Source of the DNA: the human T2T-CHM13v2.0 reference genome, Homo sapiens
Direction: 5' to 3' (one strand)
NCBI RefSeq assembly: GCF_009914755.1
Contig: NC_060926.1
Length of the DNA: 64,000 nt
Position numbers and translations under genes: made by a program. Every line of letters starts with the position of its first letter. Position 1 is the stretch's first letter. Positions 55,209-64,000 of the stretch are shown here, piece after piece. A model generated the notes under the pieces. It was not told where the DNA came from. It saw only the letters and a list, made by a program, of their open reading frames with translations, and ran no database searches.

Positions 55209-56767
55209 GTATTGGAAGCAAGAAAAGGATAAACTAAATCTTGCGGTACTGGATAAGAGGTGAAAGTATTATCGTGAACTCTCATTTAGCTTTATATATA
55301 TATAAAATGGATAGATACAAAAACAATAATAGATACATGTGTGTACATGGGTTAGTATACAACATATATTACCTAACTGTCTCATCCAGCTTTGAGGGCT
55401 TAGAAGTAATACATCTCAGTATTGACAAGCACACCCAGTGTCCAGATCTTAGTTTCTAAAAAAACACTTTCCAGTGAAAAAACCAGATTACTTTAGAGAA
55501 ATGGTGGATTCCAGGGTTGAAGCAGGGGAAATGCAAAATGAGCCTGTAGCACCTATTATATCAGAAAGGAAGGATGTGCTCAACAAATTAAATGAAGCCG
55601 GGAATGAAGCCACGGGTGCAATGGCTCACACCTGTAATCCCAGCACTTTGGAAGGCAGAGGTAGGAGGATTGCTTGAGGCCGGGAGTTCAAGACCACACC
55701 AGCCTGGGCTGTAACATAGAAAGAACCTATCTCCATAAAATAAAAATAAATTAGTAATAATTTTTTAATTTAAAAAATGATGAAGGCATGTCAAAGGGAC
55801 TCAAGAGCCAATATGAAAGGGCTCCCAATGGGCAAAGCTGGAAAAATGTGAGCAACAAATTATATAATGTCATATTGGTTTATAGTCCACTGTATAAAAT
55901 AAATATACATTAGGGATCTACACTAATATAATGAATAGATGAATAATAAGAGACAAATCTTTCATACAGAAAAATTAAAAATACTATGTGTAACTCCTGC
56001 CATCTGCAGGGGGTGGAGCCAACACCCCCAACCACCATCACTACAGAGAATGGGCTGGACTGAGTGGCTCACTTCTAAAGAAGCACTTATAGAAAGCGAA
56101 CAGTGATGAAACCCAGAAAACACTGCCCTGACCAACGGATCAAGGTTAATGTCATCACTGTTGTCATATGTATGTTGTAGACTCCTGATAGGATGTGATG
56201 AGGATAATTTGTCTCTATGAGACTTTTTCCCAAAATTCATAATCCCAATATAATCATGAGAAAAATATTACACAAATTCAAATGGAGGGATATTCTACAA
56301 AATACCTAACTATCCCTCAAATTTGTCAAGGTCATATAAGAGCAAAGAAAGACTGAGAAATAGTCTCAAACTAGAGGATTAAATCTGTAACAATCTGTGA
56401 CTACTATAAATCTAAAGTTGTTCTAAAATAGTTTATTTAATACACCAGATTAACTAAGTAAAAACAGAAAAATTACATGATCATCTCAATAAATGTAGGA
56501 AAAGCTGGCAAAATTCAACACTCATTACTGTGTAAAAAATAAAAATATAAACCTCTTAGCAAAAATATAAACCTCTATATTTTTCTTAGAGAATAAAATA
56601 TCCTCAGCCTAATAAATGGTATTTGTGAAAAACCCACAGTTAACATCACACTTAATGGCAACAGACTGAAGCTTTTCATGCTTAAGCTCAGGAACAAGAA
56701 TGTCCACTCTCACCACTTCCATTCAGCATTGTACTGTGAAATAAGGCAAGAAAAACAAGGGCTTTCA

Positions 56768-57100
<333 letters not shown>

Positions 57101-57343
57101 TCACAGAAGACTTGATTGTCTATGTTGAAATCCAGTGGCAGCTACAGAGCACCAGAATTAATAAATGAACTTGGCATGGTTTCAAGATACATGGGAACCA
57201 CACAAAAATCAATTGTATTTCTGTATACTGGCAGTCAACAATTGAATATCAGAATACGAAATATTGAGAAATAATTCTGACAAAATATGTGAAAAACCTG
57301 CACACTCAAAATTACAAAACATTGCTGAGAGAAATTGAAGCAG

Positions 57344-60300
57344 CCCTAAATAAATGAATAGATACCCTGAGCTCATGACTCAGAGGACACAGTACCCTAA
57401 ATAAATGAATAGATACCCTGAGCTCATGACTCAGAGGACACAGTACCCTAAATAAATGAATAGATACCCTGAGCTCATGACTCAGAGGACACAGTACCCT
57501 AAATAAATGAATAGATACACTGAGCTCATGACTCAGAGGACGCAGTACCCTAAATAAATGGATACACTGAGCTCATGACTCAGAGGACGCAGTACCCTAA
57601 ATAAATGAATAGATACACTGAGCTCATGGCACAGAGGACACAGTACCCTAAATAAATGAATGGATACCCTGAGCTCATGACTCAGAGGACACAGTACCCT
57701 AAATAAATGAATAGATACCCTGAGCTCATGACTCAGAGGACGCAGTACTCTAAATAAATGAATAGATACCCTGAGCTCATGACTCAGAGGACACAGTACC
57801 CTAAATAAATGAATAGATACCCTGAGCTCATGACTCAGAGGACGCAGTACCCTAAATAAATGAATAGATACCCTGAGCTCATGACTCAGAGGACGCAGTA
57901 CCCTAAATAAATGAATAGATACCCTGAGCTCATGACTCAGAGGACGCAGTACCCTAAATAAATGAATAGATACACTGAGCTCATGACTCAGAGGACGCAG
58001 TACCCTAAATAAATGAATAGATACCCTGAGCTCATGACTCAGAGGACGCAGTACCCTAAATAAATGAATAGATACCCTGAGCTCATGACTCAGAGGACGC
58101 AGTACCCTAAATAAATGAATAGATACACTGAGCTCATGACTCAGAGGACGCAGTACCCTAAATAAATGAATAGACACACTGAGCTCATGACTCAGAGGAC
58201 ACAGTACCCTAAATAAATGGATACACTGAGCTCATGACTCAGAGGACACAGTACCCTAAATAAATGAATAGATACCCTGAGCTCATGACTCAGAGGACAC
58301 AGTACCCTAAATAAATGAATAGATACCCTGAGCTCATGACTCAGAGGACGCAGTACCCTAAATAAACGAATAGATAGCCTGAGCTCATGACTCAGAGGAC
58401 GCAGTACCCTAAATAAATGAATAGATACCCTGAGCTCATGACTCAGAGGACGCAGTACCCTAAATAAATGAATACATACCCTGAGCTCATGACTCAGAGG
58501 ACGCAGTACCCTAAATAAATGAATAGATACCCTGAGCTCATGACTCAGAGGACGCAGTACCCTAAATAAATGAATACATACCCTGAGCTCATGACTCAGA
58601 GGACGCAGTACCCTAAATAAATGAATAGATACCCTGAGCTCATGACTCAGAGGACGCAGTACCCTAAATAAATGAATAGATACCCTGAGCTCATGACTCA
58701 GAGGACGCAGTACCCTAAATAAATGAATAGATACACTGAGCTCATGACTCAGAGGACGCAGTACCCTAAATAAATGAATAGATACCCTGAGCTCATGACT
58801 CAGAGGACGTAGTACCCTAAATAAATGAATAGACACACTGAGCTCATGACTCAGAGGACACAGTAACCTAAATAAATGGATACACTGAGCTCATGACTCA
58901 GAGGACACAGTACCCTAAATAAATGAATAGATACCCTGAGCTCATGACTCAGAGGACACAGTACCCTAAATAAATGAATGGATACCCTGAGCTCATGACT
59001 CAGAGGACACAGTACCCTAAATAAACGAATAGATACACTGAGCTCATGATTCAGAGGACGCAGTACCCTAAATAAACGAATAGATACCCTGAGCTCATGA
59101 CTCAGAGGACGCAGTACCCTAAATAAATGAATAGATACCCTGAGCTCATGACTCAGAGGACACAGTACCCTAAATAAATGAATAGATACCCTGAGCTCAT
59201 GACTCAGAGGACACAGTACCCTAAATAAATGAATAGATACCCTGAGCTCATGACTCAGAGGACGCAGTACCCTAAATAAATGAATAGACACACTGAGCTC
59301 ATGACTCAGAGGACACAGTACCCTAAATAAATGGATACACTGAGCTCATGACTCAGAGGACACAGTACCCTAAATAAATGAATAGATACCCTGAGCTCAT
59401 GACTCAGAGGACACAGTACCCTAAATAAATGAATAGATACCCTGAGCTCATGACTCAGAGGACGCAGTACCCTAAATAAATGAATAGACACACTGAGCTC
59501 ATGACTCAGAGAACACAGTAACCTAAATAAATGGAAACACTGAGCTCATGACTCAGAGGACACAGTACCCTAAACAAATGAATAGATACCCTGAGCTCAT
59601 GACTCAGAGGACATAGTACCCTAAATAAATGAATAGATACCCTGAGCTCATGACTCAGAGGACGCAGTACCCTAAATAAATGAATAGATACCCTGAGCTC
59701 ATGACTCAGAGGACGCAGTACCCTAAATAAATGAATAGATACCCTGAGCTCATGACTCAGAGGACGCAGTACCCTAAATAAATGAATAGATACCCTGAGC
59801 TCATGACTCAGAGGACGCAGTACCCTAAATAAATGGATACACTGAGCTCATGACTCAGAGGACGCAGTACCCTAAATAAATGAATAGATACCCTGAGCTC
59901 ATGACTCAGAGGACGCAGTACCCTAAATAAATGAATAGATACCCTGAGCTCATGACTCAGAGGACGCAGTACCCTAAATAAATGAATAGATACCCTGAGC
60001 TCATGACTCAGAGGACGCAGTACCCTAAATAAATGGATACACTGAGCTCATGACTCAGAGGACGCAGTACCCTAAATAAATGAATAGATACCCTGAGCTC
60101 ATGACTCAGAGGACGCAGTACCCTAAATAAATGAATAGATACCCTGAGCTCATGACTCAGAGGACGCAGTACCCTAAATAAATGAATAGATACACTGAGC
60201 TCATGACTCAGAGGACGCAGTACCCTAAATAAATGAATAGATACCCTGAGCTCATGACTCAGAGGACGCAGTACCCTAAATAAATGAATAGATACCCTGA

Positions 60301-60426
60301 GCTCATGACTCAGAGGACGCAGTACCCTAAATAAATGAATAGATACCCTGAGCTCATGACTCAGAGGACACAGTACACGAAATAAATGAATAGATACACT
60401 GAGCTCATGACTCAGAGGACGCAGTA
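57344..60426. repeat. 51-bp minisatellite, ~61 units (54 x 51 bp plus 7 x 47 bp), L1-derived
   Basis: Unit ccctaaataaatgaatagataccctgagctcatgactcagaggacgcagta; 17-aa period in the ORF track. Confidence 0.97.
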
Positions 60427-61132
60427 TTGTTAGGGTGTCATGTCTTCCCAAATTGACCTGCAAATTCAACACAATCCAATGAAAACATCAGCAGATTCTT
60501 TTAAGTTAATTCTTTCAATTGGCAAGCAAAAATTGTATATATTTCTGATATACAACATGATGTTTTGATATATGTATCCATTGTGGAATGGCTAAATCAA
60601 GCTATTTAACATTATCTCACATAATTATCATTTCATTTTCTTTATAGTAAAAACACTTAAAATCCACTCTCTTGGCAATTTTTATGTGTACAATACATTG
60701 TTATTAACTATAGTCACCATGATGTGTAATACATGTCTTGAACTTACTGCTCCTGAATAACTGAAATTTTGTGTCCTTTGACCAAAGTCTCCCAATCTTC
60801 CCACCCCCCAGCCTCTGGAAACCACCATTTTACTCTGTTTCTATGACTTAGACTTTACTACATTCCACATATAAGTGACATCATGCAGCATGTATCTTTC
60901 CGTATCTGGCTTATTTCACCTAATGTCCTCCAGTTCATCCACATTTTCACAAATAATAAAATCTCCTTTTGATGGCTATGTAGTATTCCTCTGTGTATAT
61001 ATATCACATTTTCTTGATCCATTCATCTTGTTGATGGATGCTTAGGTTGATACCATATCTTGGCTATTGTTAACAGTGCTGCAATGAACAAAGGAATGCA
61101 AATATTTCTTTAACGTACTGATTTCCTGTTGA

Positions 61133-61484
<352 letters not shown>

Positions 61485-61825
61485 AGAATTTTTATTGTAG
61501 AAATCAACAGACTGATGCTAAAACTCATATGGAAAAATATAAAGGACCTAAACCCGCCAAAACAGCTTTAAGAAAACACAGATGTTGGAAGATGTATACT
61601 ACCTGATTTCCAGACTTATTATAAACCCATTTGCAGTAAGATGGTGTGGTACTGGTGTCAAGATAAACAAATACATGAAAGGAACAAAATAGCTCAAAAG
61701 CAGAACCAGACATATATGAACGACTGATTTTCTTCAGAGGTACAAAGGCATTTCAATGGAAAAAGGAAAATCTTTTCAACATATAGTGCTGGAGCAATTG
61801 GACATCATATACCAAAGAATTTTCA

Positions 61826-62130
<305 letters not shown>

Positions 62131-62882
62131 TTCAATCCAAGTTCATGCGAAATACAAAAATTAACTCAAAATGGATCATAAACCTAAGTGAAAAACCTAA
62201 AATTCTAACATTTCTAGAATAAAACATAAAAGAACATTTTTGTGACCTTGGGTTAAGCAAAAATCTCTTAGATCACACACCAAAAGCATGATCCATGATT
62301 TCAAGATACATGATAACCACACAAAAATCAACTGTATTTCTGTATACTAGGAATCAACAATTGAGTATCAGAATATGAAATACTTATAAATAATTCTGAT
62401 AAATAAATAATTCTGACAAAATATGTGAAAAACCTGCACACTCAAAACTATAAAACATTGCTGAGAGAACTGAGGAAGTCCTAAATAAATGAATAGATAT
62501 ACCAAATAATATGTAACAATAAAGAATAAAGTGATTAGTTGTACTCCCTCAAAGTTTAAAACTGCTGAGCTCCAAAAGACACCATTTAGAGAATTAAAAA
62601 GCAAGCTCTGACTTGGAGAAGACATTTACAATGCATACAGCTGACAAAGAACTTACACTCAGCATGTAAAAAGAACTCTCAAAACTCTATAAAAAGATGA
62701 CAACAGAAGTTTTTAAATAGGCAAGAGATTTGAACAGACACTTCCCCAAAGAAGATATATGGATGACAATGAGCACAGGAAATATGCTTAACATCACCAG
62801 TCATTAAGCAAATGCAAATTAAAACCACAGTGAAATATTATCACACACCTATCAGAATGACTAAAATTAAAAAGACTGACCA

Positions 62883-64000
62883 GGGGGGTGGAGCCAAGAT
62901 GGCCCAATAGGAACAGCTCCGGTCTACAGCTCCCAGCGTGAGCGACGCAGAAGACGGGTAATTTCTGCATTTCCATCTGACGGTTCATCTCACTAGGGAG
63001 TGCCAGACAGTGGGCGCAGGACAGTGGGTGCAGCGCACCGTGCACGAGCTGAAGCAGGGCGAGGCATTGCCTCACTCGGGAAGTGCAAGGGGTCAGGGAG
63101 TTCCCTTTCTGAGTCAAAGAAAGGGGTGACGGACGCACCTGGAAAATCGGGTCACTCCCACCCAAATACTGTGCTTTTCCTGCGGGCTTAAAAAACGGCG
63201 CACCACGAGATTATATCCCGCACCTGGCTCGGAGGGTCCTACGCCCACGGAGTCTCGCTGATTGCTAGCACAGCTGTCTGAGATCAAACTGCAAGGCGGC
63301 AGCGAGGCTGGGGGAGGGGCACCCGCCATTGCCCAGGCTTGCTTAGGTAAACAAAGCAGCCGGGAAGCTCGAACTGGGTGGAGCCCACCACAGCTCAAGG
63401 AGGCCTGCCTGCCTCTGTAGGCTCCACCTCTGGGGGCAGGGCACAGACAAACAAAAAGACAGCAGTAACCTCTGCAGACTTAAATGTCCCTGTCTGACAG
63501 CTTTGAAGAGAGCAGTGGTTCTCCCAGCACGCAGCTGGAGATCTGAGAACCGGCAGACTGCCTCCTCAAGTGGGTCCCTGACCCCCGTGCAGCCTAACTG
63601 GGAGGCACCCCCCGCAGCAGGGGCAGACTGACACCTCACATGGCCGGGTACTCCAACAGACCTGCAGCTGAGGGTCCTGTCTGTTAGAAGGAAAACTAAC
63701 AAAAAGAAAGGACATCCACACCAAAAACCCTTCTGTACATCACCATCATCAAAGACCAAAAGTAGATAAAACCACAAAGATGGGGACAAAACAGAACAGA
63801 AAAACTGGAAACTCTAAAAAGCAGAGCGCCTCTCCTCCTCCAAAGGAACACAGCTCCTCACCAGCAACGGAACAAACCTGGACGGAGAATGACTGACGAG
63901 CTGAGAGAAGAAGGCTTCAGATGATCAAATTACTCCAAGCTACAGGAGGAAATTCAAACCAATAGCAAAGAAGTTAAAAACTGTGAAAAAAAAATTAGAC
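62883..64000 (+). mobile_element. 5' end of a young L1 (L1PA2/L1PA3-type): full 5'UTR and start of a disabled ORF1; continues beyond the window
   Basis: GGGGGGTGGAGCCAAGATGGC start with YY1 site; ORF1 ATG at 63780 (MGTKQNRKTGNSKKQSASPPPKE); 2-bp deletion gives TGA at 63894-63896. Confidence 0.95.
63114..63329 (-). CDS. L1 ORF0, intact, 71 aa
   Basis: MAGAPPPASLPPCSLISDSCASNQRDSVGVGPSEPGAGYNLVVRRFLSPQEKHSIWVGVTRFSRCVRHPFL matches primate L1 ORF0; expression from this copy unknown. Confidence 0.75.
   Translation of the reverse strand: MAGAPPPASLPPCSLISDSCASNQRDSVGVGPSEPGAGYNLVVRRFLSPQEKHSIWVGVTRFSRCVRHPFL

Noticed and set aside
57533-60472. Minus-strand ORFs with a 17-aa repeat; CRISPR-like appearance
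   Set aside because: Contiguous tandem units with no unique spacers and no cas genes; ORFs are artefacts of the 51-bp period

Overview
Human DNA that I recognise from memory as the chromosome 2 (2q13-q14.1) ancestral telomere-telomere fusion site. Degenerate (TTAGGG)n and (CCCTAA)n arrays meet head-to-head at TTAG|CTAA (9658/9659), flanked by inverted TAR1 subtelomeric repeats. Left of the junction lie nine 3' exons of WASH2P (+; in frame apart from one TAG), a MIR6859-like intronic hairpin and DDX11L2 (-). Right of it is a subtelomeric duplicon with an AluYb8, nested LTRs, a 93-bp VNTR, the RPL23A retrocopy RPL23AP7 (-), two more interstitial telomere relics, a bidirectional CpG promoter and the complete RABL2A gene (+, 228/229 aa, one U12-type intron). 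The window ends with a 3.1-kb 51-bp VNTR carrying about 59 AP-1 sites and the 5' end of a young L1PA with intact ORF0. The locus itself is well known. The best leads for something undescribed are the AP-1 VNTR next to the L1 antisense promoter, the convergent TERRA-type promoters and CTCF motifs around the junction, an in-frame U12-bypass isoform of RABL2A, and a possible ancient RPL23A relic abutting a fossil telomere. Gene and repeat-subfamily names come from recall, not database searches; coordinates were counted by hand.
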